Translations under genes and position numbers: made by a program
Shown here: one piece after another, positions 1-12,869 of the stretch
How positions within the stretch are numbered: the stretch's first letter is position 1
Layout of the letters: the number at the start of each line of letters is the position of its first letter
NCBI GenBank assembly: GCA_051294375.1
Contig: CM119266.1
Span: forward strand, 24,230,411-24,294,410
Source: Paraspadella gotoi
Taxonomy: Eukaryota; Animalia; Chaetognatha
Direction: 5' to 3'
DNA length: 64,000 bases
The notes under the pieces: model-generated
Told to the model about the DNA's origin: nothing
Seen by the model: only the letters and a program-made list of their open reading frames with translations
Database searches by the model: none

Positions 1-185
1 CAAGAAAATCAAGTTAACTAACGAAACAACATCGCGCTGTGACTCTGCTTACGGCTTTTGTAAAACTCATTCTTTGTAATAATCTACAATAAACATGAAT
101 TTTATATTAACGTCATAAAAAAACAATTCAATGATTGTTTGATTGGCTAATTTTTTACGGCTAATACATTAGATCGTCCACCGAT

Positions 186-1800
186 ATGTCTTCTAAAACA
201 AAGGACAAAAAAACCGGTTCGCCAGGCCCGCAGAAATCCTCGTAAGCAGAAATAAAAATAACAAAGACTCTGCCTGAGTTGAAATTACCAGAAGACATGA
301 ACTCACAAGACTGTGAAATATTAACTGAGTCTTCTTCTCAGAAACTCGACTGTTTTAAAGAATTAGAATCTCTTCAGCCCCGAAACGAAAACAGCATTTG
401 CAAGATCGTTGGCCAGCTCTGGTTATAGATTGATGAAATGCCTTCTTGCCAAAATCGCCAATCAAGAGACTCGTGATCATGTCTCTAATTCACAACAAAA
501 CAACATTACATGACCCACGTAAAACGTTTCGTTTCAACCAACACTCCGACCAGGAGATTAGAAAATCTCGCCCAATGTGTGCTTTTGCTGTAAGTAAATG
601 AAGCCTTGCACGCTAGCGGCTGAATTTGACGAGCTAAAAATAACTCAACGCGGCGGATCTGATCATTTTCGGAAAAACAGATTTTAAAGACTTCAACTCA
701 CTAATGAAATTGAACAATTGGAGACATAAAGATTATGTCTTCATCCCCAACTGAATCCACCCCACACAGTCTCGCCACTCACCGTCCTAATCAAGGCGTA
801 TCGACCCAGCATATTCTGAGGAACGATATCAAAAAAACAGGCTATGATCTTCTAAAGGATTTAGTCCCAGCTTCATAAAAAAGACTTAAGTCTGGTCTAC
901 AGGGCAACCAAAGTTGGAATGTTAAGGTAAACACTTAATTCAATTAAAAGAAAAAGAATCCATTCTCAGCTCAAACAAACTTAACATTTTCCACAAAGTT
1001 CATTCTGTTACGGAATATTGTGTACAAAAAATACTATCAATGTTTTAAATGTCAGAAATATGGTCACGGTTCCAAATCAATGCAACAAGAAATACCAATA
1101 TGTCTACGCTGTGGCAGGTGAACATTTTCACACAAAAATTGCGAGAAAAAACTTTGAGGACACCTAAATGCGCAAACTGTAACGGTCCCACACGCTGGCA
1201 AACTCAAAATCTTGTCCAATTTACCAGAAGCCTGTCGCCAACCAAACAACCTCTTTCTGTCCATAATTGCGGCTAATATTACCAAACAAGCTATGCGAAG
1301 TGTAGCAAAAAACCATGCACGAATTTCCAATGAAGCTTTAAATAAGGATAATTTGGAGAAAATTTGTCTTTGTGTTATCCCTTGTATTGGCGTGAAATGG
1401 GAATACGGAGCAGAATTAGAGCAAACAAAATATGTCCTCCTCCATAAAGATCCATTAATGAAATACAGAATCAATTCAAATAAGCCCTAAAAGTCTGTCA
1501 ACATCCAATACAATTCCAAAAGTGACTTACCTAAATCAAACTCGGACAACCAACTCGCAACAAACATAATTGAAAATAGCATAGAACATCTTGGCAGCCA
1601 CACAACAGATTATCTCCAGATTGGGCTAATCCGATGTTGATTTCAATCAATCTCAAATCTCAAAATGAAGGGCCACCGCAGAAAGATAATGAACTGTCTT
1701 CCAAAGTGCCATCCTTAACTCAAGCAAACGATCAAAGGTTACACTTATGCCAAGGAAAGCAAAAACCTGGACGAAGCCCCCTAAACCTGACGTGAATGGC
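186..1800 (+). pseudogene. LINE ORF1, gag-like nucleic-acid-binding protein with three CCHC zinc knuckles (frameshifted)
   Basis: ATG at 186 (MSSKTKDKK...). Across frames it reads QCFKCQKYGH...C, then AGEH...NC, then PKCANCNGPH...SCP at ~1040-1225. Boundaries are approximate. Confidence 0.75.
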
Positions 1801-4800
1801 TAAGTCTCTACTCTTGCAGTACTTGCAAACTGAACACTAAATGGTAAACCAACACGGCATTATTGAACTCTTAAATCTGATTGACAATCTAGAAAAAAAC
1901 TAATTCTTTATTTTTTGCTTTTTAATGACATACAGATGTTGCTCCTCAAGGATTTTATTTGGCTTTTAAAAAACTATAAAATATTCAATAAATAATTCTG
2001 TCAACATTCTGGCAGGAGTGTGTCATGATAGCTACTCCAAACCATCTACCTGCTGCAGAAATTAAATTTTGATAAACCAACCAAAAGAAAGTTTAATTTG
2101 TTGAACCACTATTAAAAGACAATGAAAAATTCATCCTAAAGCACTCTTTATACAATCATCCTGAGAAGCAACTACAATGAATCTCTGTTCCATGCCTTCA
2201 ATAATTAATAGCAAACAAAACCAAACATAGTTTTCGGCATCTTAGCTGGCGATTTTAATGCTCCTCAATCAACTCTACGGTAGATCTGACTCCTGCAAGG
2301 TGAACAACTCATAGATTATTTAACGGTGTTTCAAGTTTTAACTTGCAATTGTCTAAACAACAAACGTCCCGCAACATACCATAAGTAAATCCACGGCGCC
2401 ACATACTCTTGATATTGCGCATAACTGTTAAACAAATTTTTCAAGCAAAATTCTTTCAATGTGTCATCCTTGAAGAAGGGGGGTGGTGTTGGTAGTGACC
2501 ACCTTCCACTTTTAATTTACTACCCAAATTTCAACCCAATGAAAAATGATATTCTGGTAAACAAAACTAATCTGGACAGAGTTTCGTAAATTCTGTGACA
2601 ATAGTCCTATCAGGGCTTCCTACAGAATTCTCTCAAAAAACAACTGACGAAAACGCATCCACAGTTTACTAACCATCTTAAAAGCATGCTTTTTACGAAA
2701 AATACTGAAAAGAAATGGTCACATGCTTACAAATAACTAACTCCTGGTCACATGAACTAAAATGCTTAAAAAAAGGAAAAGATTACTTGGCAGAAAAAAA
2801 TCACGAGACCAGTAAATTGGGGCTTTTACCTCAACAATAAAACAGTGGAAATTGGAGTTCAATCAGCTTTGTCGACAAGATCAAGTTTTTAAACAAAAAG
2901 AGCATTAAACAATTATTATGTTGAAGAGAGCCGCCATTTTATTTAAAATGAAAAGATCCTTCAAAAAATGGAAACTAAATTAATGATATAACGAATACCA
3001 CAAAACACCTCTCCAACCTGAAGCATGCTGAAGAGAACCTGATGGTACTGCAGGCAGTTGATAATAAAAGTAATGCTGAAAATAACATGAGAAAACCTTA
3101 GGTCAATTATGGGCAAATCTCCTGTCCTCCAGGTATGAGGAATGGGAAAATGACAGTTTGAACAATTAATTAAAAAATTTGCATACACTCTTGAAGCCTG
3201 GTAACAGTGCAGTCATGCGACGATATAGAGTTCACACTTTTGTTCAAAGTTACACACTATTCAAGCCACAAAATATTTATGAAACTATCAAATCGTTAAA
3301 AACTAGGTCTGCCCCAGGTCAAGATGAAATCACACATAAAATGTTAAAAAACTTTTCCGATAAAACATTAAAGACAACTAACTTTCATTTTCGAATCATG
3401 TTAACAACTTGGCTACTTTCGCAGACTCATGGAAAATTGCCAACATCCAGAGTGATTCCTAAGGTCAGGTAAAGGATCCTACAACCCTCGAATTATAGAC
3501 CTATAAGTCTTCTTTCTGTTCTTTGGCAAATTATTTTGAACGGGTTTGATATTACCAAAGGCTTCATAATGCATGCCTGGAAAAACGAGGAAAACGCCGC
3601 AATGTTACAAATCAGGATTTAAAAAGGCAGATCTGCGCCTGAAAATATCATACGTCTGGGTCGAGGACGCACGCGGCGCTTTAAAGGCAAGGGGCGGAAC
3701 AATTCTTGTGACACTCGACTATGCAAAAGCATTTGATTTAACATATGGCTGCCCAAGGCTTAAAAATTCAAGTTGATAAAGACCAAATTGCCTATAGGCA
3801 TGTTAAAAATTATTTGCTTCTTTTCTGTCAAACAGAAAATTATGCTATATCAAGAGGTGAAACGTCTGAACTGGTAGATATTCTTTGTGGCTCTCCCCAA
3901 AGGAGCAGTACTCAGTCCAGAGATCTTTGCCTTTTAATATAGAATGATCTCCCTATTCCAAAAATGATTCAAAATAAGGAGGCCCTCAATTCAACCAATT
4001 TAAAACATGAATGTTTTAGAAAAATTCATCTCAATATGGCGGATGACTCATCGCTTGGGCAGTCTCCCAAAACTTGGATGCTGGCCTCCTCATGTCTTCA
4101 AAAAACCCCTTCACCGCCTGGAAATGGTGTAATACCGTGGTTTCTAGGGAGTTTATGTCCGGCAAAAATCCAACTGCATTCTAATAAACCAGATGTCCAT
4201 CTCTATTAACTATGAATGTAAAACTTTACTTGTTCGATGAAGAAAATTAACTGTATGTGATACAAATCGGGTTTTTTAGGTTGTAAAATAGATCGCAAAT
4301 TAGACCGTGGACAATACATATTAATGAATTATTTACGGAAGGCAAAATCTAAAATTTTGGGCTATAAACAGACTTTCGCCGTTTTGTTCAATGGAGACAA
4401 TTTTAATTGCTTGTTCACCATTTATTTTCTTCCTCTGTGGTATGCATTATTTTATACTCATCTCCCTGTTTTTCTAACTGCTGGGTAAATACCACTGGGG
4501 AAATTTGACCAAATTAACAACTACGTGCTATTAAAATATTTCATAAACTCCCTGTACATGATTGATAAAGATATTGCTTTAGATGCGGCCAGTATGAATT
4601 CCACTCTCTGACTATATACGTAAATTTCAAGGTCCCGTAGATTAAAACGTATTATTTTTAGCAAACACATTATTTGATAGTATATAGAATCGCATTGCCT
4701 AAAACCACTGTTTATAACTAACATTTCTCCATAGAAATTTTTGCTGGGGTTGGGACCGAGTTTTTCTGACAAGAGTAAATGTTTAAATTGCGAAATTAGA

Positions 4801-4850
4801 AGAGCGGACCAAATCTGTAAACTAGAAGAATAGTAGAGATACATCAGTTT
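1795..4850 (+). pseudogene. LINE ORF2, apurinic-like endonuclease plus reverse transcriptase (frameshifted)
   Basis: Endonuclease motifs GDFNA and SDH, and RT motifs APG-D-I, VIPK, YRPISLLS, DYAKAFD, G-PQG-VLSP, ADD and FLG. These are spread over several frames, including the supplied ORFs 3179-3472, 3573-3776, 3745-3942 and 3964-4209. Confidence 0.85.
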
Positions 4851-5199
4851 CTTGTTATTAATATGAGTAGTAATTTCTGCAAAAACGTAGCTTTTAAAGG
4901 TAGTGTACAAACACTGGCCTCAAGCCCACCACTTTTGCTTTCAATATTCAAAGTATTCAAAATATTCTCTCTCTCTCTCTCTCTCTTCTCATCTGCGAGT
5001 GGATGAGCACCCAAATACTCGACGACCACTCTCATTTTTTAAAACAGTAATTCTTAAAAATTCATATTTTTTTAAAATAACTACCATCCAATTTCAGTTT
5101 AAAAAATTCCTGGGAATCGAGAGCTTTTTAAAACCCATTTAGTGGGTTAAATCACCAACTACCCACGTCGCATTCTATTAATTGATGATTCTTACATTC

Positions 5200-5395
5200 T
5201 TACATCTTGAATACTTTCTCATTACCACTCATACCACTCTCACAGTCACCTCTCTACAATTATCACAACCTACCACTCTCACCGCTCTCATTTACTCTCA
5301 CCTCTTTCACCTCTCTTACCACTCTCACCGCTCTCCAAACTCTCCCACTCTCACATTCTCACCATTCTCACGCACTCTCACCACTCTCACCCACC
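5200..5395. repeat. Degenerate CACTCT/CTCAC-type low-complexity repeat
   Basis: Recurrent cactctcac/ctctcacc units. Confidence 0.6.
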
Positions 5396-6476
5396 CAAAA
5401 AATTCTCATAAATAACTTCGTCGATTCTCGACGCCTCATCGCTCTCCTTCGATCCTTCGGTTGCGCCAAACACCATCACCCTCTCTCCACCCTCCCCCCT
5501 CAAAAAAAAGAAAAGACTACAATAAAACAACAACAAAAAGACGTAAAACTTCTGTTCCGTCTCTAAAAACAGGAAACGGCGACTCGACTGAACGGAGACG
5601 AAGAGAAATTAATGACCTTTTTCATTTCCGACGAAAACCTCGATATTCCAGTTTCCAATTTCCTATTTTCTTTTCCTATTTTCCATTTTTTTTTACTTTT
5701 CCGCAGTTGTTGTTGTTGCTGTTGTTGATGATGCTGATGATGTTGAACGATGATAACGATGACGATGATAGAAAACCGTTAAATAACAGTTATAACTAGT
5801 GCCGTAACCTCAGCGGCGTCAACATTTATTGTTTTCCTTCTTTGTTTCGAATTGTTCTTTTATCGATTCGAGTATGACTCGCATTTTTGCGGTTCTCAAC
5901 CGAGAATCTCCACAAACTTTTACCTCCGAAACTCTCTGCTCTCTCTCTCCTCTCTCGCTCTGCTCTCTCTCTCTCTCTCTCTCTCTCCATCTCTCTCTTC
6001 TCTCGTCTCTCTCTCTCTCTCTCTTCTCTCTCTACAAACCGTTACCAGGAGATTCGTTCTCTGTTCTCAGCGTACGCGACGTTTGTCGATGAAAACCAGC
6101 GAAAACGACGACAACGACGACGACGAACGACGACGAACGAGGTCGGTCACGATTTACCTTTGTTTGTTTCGTTAAAATTATTTCTTCTTTCTCTATGCCG
6201 CATTCTACTCATATAGTCTTAGCGTTATCTTAATTACTTTTCATCTTAATTGTTCTGTTTGCTTGTCTGCAAATGTTGTGCTTGTTCGACTGTCTGTCCG
6301 TCTGTCTATGCTATGTTCTCAATTCTCATTGTTTGTCTTCGTCTTTCTTTCTTGCTTTGTTTGTTTGTTTGCTTGTTTCTTATATCTTTCTTTCTTTAAT
6401 TTCTTTTCTTTCTTTTTGTATTTTTCTTTCTCCTTTTCATAGCCCTATTTCTTTAACTCCCTCTTACACTCTCTCT

Positions 6477-6525
<49 letters not shown>

Positions 6526-8690
6526 CGTCTCTCTCCTCTCTCTCTCACTTCTTTTTCCTCNNNNNNNNNNNNNNNNNNNNNNNNNCCCCCAGACCTTCTT
6601 TTCCCCTCCTCGCTCTCCTCCCTTCCCCTCCCTGACCGTCGGGTTATTTATGAAGAAAGGGTTTCGTCTCCGATGTTTTATTCCTTTCTCAGACTTTGGA
6701 GTGAGAAGAGAGAAAGGACGATCTCAGCTCTCAGGATAACTTTTTTTTTAAATAAAGTATCTGGCGAGCTTATCGAAGCATATATATTATTATATACATT
6801 AAAGCGGTAGAATAGTCAGTTTGTTTATTTTTAATCCTAAATACAAAAACTTGAAAAACTTGAAGTACTAAGAAATCAACAAAAAAAGGCGTTGAACCAA
6901 AAAATCGCTGACATGAAAAGAACTAACGAAATGTAATCTCATAAAAAAAAACTAAGACGACGACGACGACTACTGACTTTCTCCATTACATCTGCGCTGC
7001 AGCAGTCAATGACGGGTCAGAAGAAAGGGGAAGCTCGTAAATCTTCGCGAGGATCTCCTTTCAGCCGGCAATTCCGTTCTTCCTTCCATCCTGCCATCTT
7101 TCGACTTAAAATGCAAAACAAATAAACGAGAAAGAAAAAAAAAACCTTTGTCCGGAAGCCGTTACTATCTGGACGCTCGTGTTAGTTATTATGTACAAGT
7201 TTGGTTAGATATAATATTGTACCATTAAACAAAACATTACGATAATTACGACAGTCGATAATCGTTAGTCGGCCGGAATTGATAATAAAAGAAATGCGAG
7301 AGGGAGTCTCGTAAGAAGAAGAGCAAAACAACTTATCTTGTCCAAAACGAGCGCTCCACCCGCTCTACCCGCCCCAGTTGCACCAGCCGCCCCAACTGCA
7401 CAAGCCGGCTCACCCTCCGTGCCAAGTCTGACCTTTTCTTCCATCTTTAGAGAGTTTGACCGTCCGTTGGATTTGCAATATCTTTTGCTCTTTTTTTTTT
7501 TTTGTATTTTGTCTGCTTTATTTGAGAGTTTTCCTTTCTAAAATCGGGTTCTTTGCTATTTAACTCAGCTCTAATTAAAGTCACTACTCTTAAACTTTTT
7601 TCGCCGAGTCAGTGTCTCATTTATTTGTATTCTGTTGCAAGAGTCTCAATATCATCGCATTTTTCTTCCATTCTTTTTTTCCAGTTAAGTCGTCCCTCGC
7701 CAAACCTTCGACTTCAGTTATAAGTCCGATCGTTTCAGTACAAATGACCCGATTTCCCTTTAAAGTAGATTCTGTTGAGTGACTCTTTTTTTCTCGTTCC
7801 GGCGCCGAGGCGCCTTCCCTTTCGTCGCAGCTCAAACTTTCTTGAAGAAGAACCTTAAATAGAAAACATATATATATAGAAAACTTTTTTAAAAATTATT
7901 TTAAGTTTCCTTATTTTAATTTTTTTTTACTTCTTCTTTTCTCTTTTTCTTTCTTTTCGCATTTTCCTCCCCTGTTTCGCTCGTTCGTTTCAAACGATCA
8001 ACTAAAATCCTAAACTGTAGCGACTCTTACAAGCGAACATATTGCCTCTGACTCGCTACCTTTCTCCTATCCCATTTCATCGCGTTTTACGGTAGGACAG
8101 AGAGGGTGATAACGAACCAATGAATTAAATAAGTATTATTCTTATTTATAAGAATATAACTATTAACTCCCTCCCAATAAAATTCTCTGCGTTTTTAATC
8201 GGTGCAGTAATGCCGGTCAGCCTCGTTTTCAAACTACCCATTCCATTTTCTCCGCCGTTTTATTTTTAGTCTCTCGTGATCCGCTTTAATCTCTCGCCCT
8301 ATTTCTCATTTCCACCTCCCCACCACAACCTCTTGTCCGCCTCCCTCAACCCCTCCTCCCCTTTCCTTCCCCCTCCCCGCCCCCGAATCACCTCCTGAGA
8401 GGCCGTTAACGTTTTCACGATCCCTTCTCGATGCTTTCGACCTTGACATCGAGTCGACCCGGCGAGGGGCGGCTCAGCGTCGGCAAACGATTCCTCGAGC
8501 GTCGGCGGGTGTCGGCGAAAAAGTCGGCGGGACACTTAGACGCTGAGATATCGTCTTTTTCGGCCATCGTCCTCGCTACTTCGTCGTCTTCGTCGTCGTC
8601 GTCGTCTTTTTTATTTCGTCACCATCATTATGAATCATCGAGATTCTTCGAGTCTATTTCTGGCACGAAAAGCGACCGGGAGGAGGATTC

Positions 8691-8771
8691 GCGCATGCGC
8701 AGTCGCCGCTGTCCCGTCTACGGTCGGGAATAAAATGGCGACGAGCGTAGAGGTCGTTGTAACTTGTAAGT
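8691..8771 (+). promoter_or_regulatory. Candidate promoter or short first exon: NRF1-type palindrome, YY1-type AAAATGGCG, GTAAGT donor
   Basis: GCGCATGCGC at 8691-8700, AAAATGGCG at 8732-8740 (ATG at 8735), and GTAAGT at 8766-8771, all in a CpG-rich context. Confidence 0.35.
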
Positions 8772-9862
8772 AAAGATAAGTTTTACTGTCTCAACAATTG
8801 AAGTTAACGATTTCATTTCTTACTCGTGCCCAATCGTAGACATGACAGTTAAAAGGAGATTCACCCAACATTCTTAATTTCTTTGTAAAGTTATATGTCA
8901 AAACAAAACCAGACAAGACCGTGACGATCTGGTTGTTCCTAATATGTTGACTTTAAAATTCACGCATTTTTAAAGCAATGGATTCGTGTTATTTTCGTCA
9001 ACCCAATCTGAGATACACCGATCCGCAGGCTCCAACCCTTCGCCCCCCCCCCTCGAAAACATTTCGGGTCATCTTCCCCCCCCCATGCTCCTCCGATTTC
9101 TCCCCAGTCGTCGAGAGATTCGGTCAAATCGTCGCTCTGCGTCCATAACGTGACCATAAGCGTCCCCGTAATGATTTGTCCTCCGCCGTCGTCGTCGTCG
9201 CCGCCGCCGCCTCCCGTCATCAACGTAATGACGGTGACGGTCACGTGACTGACGATGATGAGAATTGGCCGGAGTGACGCAAACGTGTCTCGTCGCGTTA
9301 TTGCCCGCGCGCGGGTAGTCAGTGCGTGCGCGTAAACCAGGGGGCGGGTGCATAAGCGGGAGGAGTTCACAACGCGGGATGCTCTGTTTTGAATGCCATA
9401 AATAATTAATACATACGTAGCAAGAAATACTGAAACTTTTTTGGCTTTTTTTTTAAACTAAGATTCAACCAAAAATTACCAGGATTATGATAGTTATCCT
9501 CCACCGGCCACAGGTTTATTTACATTATCCGACGCTCGATTTCCGAGCAATATAATTTTATACATCAATCATGAAACCGGATCCACCTTTCGGGGAAACC
9601 GAAATAAAAGACGTCGTCATCTCCGAAAAACTATCAATAAATTTCGGGTTAATGAGATTTTTTTTATGGAAAAACGACCCTCGGATCCCCGGATCCCCGC
9701 ATCCCCTGATCCCTTGATCCCCGTTTTTCGTGCGGCCACTTTCCACTCCCTCTTTTGTTTTGGGGTCATGGAAAAAAATGATGACTCGATGATCCTTTCT
9801 CCTCTCGATCATGATCTCTTCTCTTTCCTTTCGAGGTTCCACGTCTTCGGATAAGAGGTCGT

Positions 9863-9993
<131 letters not shown>

Positions 9994-10635
9994 AACGAAA
10001 GGAAATCGCGTGACGAGAGAATTGGATTTTATTAAAATTTCCTTGATTCGTCGCGGATTTTGTTTTGGAAACCCGAAGCGAGGGACGGAGGATAAAAATC
10101 CCGAGTCTTCTCGGTTCTAACGAGGTGGGGATCGTATTCATGGGCGGGTTACTCTCGGATTTAGGGAGAATAAACGTCATTATCGTTAGAACTTAGATTG
10201 GGAACGAGCTTTGCAGAGTTGTGGGGTGTTTTTGTTCTTTTCGGTACGGAGTATGTTGTGGAGAGGTGTGTTCACTGTTCACTGTTCAGTGTCTCGAGTA
10301 GAAAATGGGTATTAGGTAATATTTCAAAGTTTTAAACATCTGTAGTTTTAAAGTTATGTTATGTTATGTTATGTTATGTTCCTCCTTCGAATTCAGACAG
10401 AAATTTCACGGACATTTTCATTGGTTTGTACTTATATCAATCGAAAAAAAAGAAGGTTTCAGCTGTTTCGAAGTTCCATTAGATCTTAAATGTCATTTCG
10501 TTTGTCGGTCAGATGCTCGGTAGGTTAAAGGTCATGCGTTCTGCAATGACACATCCGCCCCTCCAGTTTTTTAAAATTCATATTTCTGTTGAATGGAATC
10601 GAAACGGTCAGCACAGTGGAACCGCGGATCGGAAT

Positions 10636-10660
10636 TCGTCGTCGTCGTCATCATCATCAG

Positions 10661-10738
<78 letters not shown>
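10636..10738. repeat. (TCG)n/(TCA)n trinucleotide microsatellite
   Basis: About 30 TCA units preceded by a few TCG units. Confidence 0.95.
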
Positions 10739-12135
10739 TTATCCTAATCATTATAAAAAAAGTAAAATTTAAGCCACAAACCGTAATTTAAAAGTGTTTA
10801 TTCGTAACAGTGCAATTACAATCAAAGAAAGGCCAAACTGATCTCAGCTCTGGAAATATATACATTTAATTAATTTTATTATCTTTTCATTTCGAGGGAG
10901 ACTTTAGCCATTTTCAGTTTTTATATAAATTTATTTTAGCTTTTGTTTATTTTACTTTTAATGAAACTTTCATCTCTCCGTCTCTTTGCGTCACTTTTTA
11001 CCTTTCTGTTTCAGTTACAGAATCTTTCATTCGCGTTTTCCCTCTCTGTTAGTGTTACACCTGCATGAAAACGGTTCGAAGGCAGCTGATGCCGCCGTCT
11101 CCTATCGAGTCCGAGAGATAAAATGGTCTTTTTTCGCAGAAAAAGAGAGAGAGAGAGANNNNNNNNNNNNNNNNNNNNNNNNNNNNNNNNNNNNNNNNNN
11201 NNNNNNNNNNNNNNNNNNNNNNNNNNNNNNNNNNNNNNNNNNNNNNNNNNNNNNNNNNNNNNNNNNNNNNNNNNNNNNNNNNNNNNNNNNNNNNNNNNNN
11301 NNNNNNNAGAGAGAGAGAGAGAGAGAGAGAGCCTAAAAAACGTCGTTTGGCCATCATTCAACCCTAATCTGCCACCGTGTGCTGGGACTGGGAAGGAAAA
11401 GGAAAGGAACGGGAAGAGAAAAGAAAAAAGTAAAGAAAGAGACAAAGTAGAAAAGATAATAGAATTGGATAAGGAACTGGATACTGGATAGAATAAGCAT
11501 TTCTTTAGTTACTTGGGTTTTCTTGCCTTTCTTGACAACAAATCTTTCATGGTTTGATCGAATAGTTTTGATATTTGAGATTGATATATTCAAAGTCATT
11601 TATTTTTTCGATCCATTGTAGTAGTAGTTATCGGAACCCCTGAACCCCCTCGCCATTTTTTAGAAAGCCCAAGCTCAATTTCGGCTCAAAAAGATTTTCT
11701 CACAAAGTAGTCATTCTGCGATTTCTAATCTTCATTTCCAAGCTTTGCCAACTCTCGCCTTTCTATCTTAATAGAAAGAAAATGTTCAACGTAAATATAC
11801 CTAGAGATACATATATATTATATATAAACAAACTGACAAATATACTCCTTGTCCTTCTATCTCAGTTGCCATTTCTCTAGCTGCAATATTCGTTTGTGTT
11901 GTTATTGATGCTGTTGTTGTTTTTGATGTTGTTGTTGTTGTTGTCGTTGTTATTTTATAATTCTGATCCCTTCTTTGCAACCCCGTCTCTTTTTTTCCCT
12001 TCATTTCAAATCAATTCTTCATTCTCCATCTTCGTTAAAACCCATTCTAAATTCTCCCATCTCCTTCTTCACTCTTTCCCCTTCCCTTCCTCCTCCTCCC
12101 ACCCGCCTCTCGCCCCTTCTTGGCACGGACGCTGC

Positions 12136-12266
<131 letters not shown>

Positions 12267-12523
12267 CCGCGCGTCCTTCGTTGCACGTGCCTCCGAGTCT
12301 CGTTATATTGCCTCATATATTTGGCGCGAATTTCTTTTATCTGTCTTTTCCTTTTTCTGTCCCGAGGACCCCGAGAGTTCTATCGCCTCCGCGAGCGAGG
12401 GGTTGCGGCGTGAGAGAAAGCGGAGAGGGATAGAGATAGGGTGGGCGAGAGGGTCGAGGTTAAGGCGGGAAAGATAAGAGGCCAGCTTGACTGTCTTTCC
12501 TATTCGGCCCTCCGCAGGTGAGA

Positions 12524-12599
<76 letters not shown>

Positions 12600-12869
12600 A
12601 GATAGAGAGAGAGGAGACGAGAGAGAAGAGAGAGAAGAGAAGAGGAGCGTTTTTTCGATTCAAGTGGAAAATAGTAGTGCGGATTGGCTGTATGAGTTTA
12701 ACTTTTATTAATGTCAATGAGGGTTATGTTTGTTAAAAGCGTCATCGATTTTGAGTGCGCCAAAGAAATTAGAAATTTTCTATCTATTTAGAAAATACCA
12801 ATGATACTCCATACATAATACGAGGCCAGGTATTAATCAGTTAAAAGAAAAGAAAGAAATACCTAGGCA

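Larger units (their letters stand above)
1..4965 (+). mobile_element. Non-LTR retrotransposon (LINE, APE-RT type with gag-like ORF1; probably Jockey/I group), near full length, heavily frameshifted
   Basis: Motifs in the expected order on +: CCHC knuckles (~1040-1225), APE motifs AGDFNAP (2245) and GSDHLP (2491), and RT motifs SAPGQDEITHKMLK (~3310), NYRPISLLS (3491), QSGF, LDYAKAFD (~3715), GSPQG-VLSP (~3890) and ADD (~4040). The strand is A-rich and ends in short ATTCAAA repeats joined to a CT tract. The 5' end may lie before base 1. Confidence 0.9.

Noticed and set aside
7023-7062. Hairpin containing GAAGCTCG, resembling the 5' end of miR-993 (similar case at ~60550)
   Set aside because: The stem-loop is only about 40 nt, the match does not extend beyond 8-9 nt, and it lies on the 5' arm. 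I saw no miR-10, miR-993 or iab-4 mature sequence in the window by eye.
9335-9348. CTCF-like motif AAACCAGGGGGCGG (and a similar one at ~58034)
   Set aside because: Only a partial match to the core consensus. The second lies in GC-rich coding sequence, so both are expected by chance.
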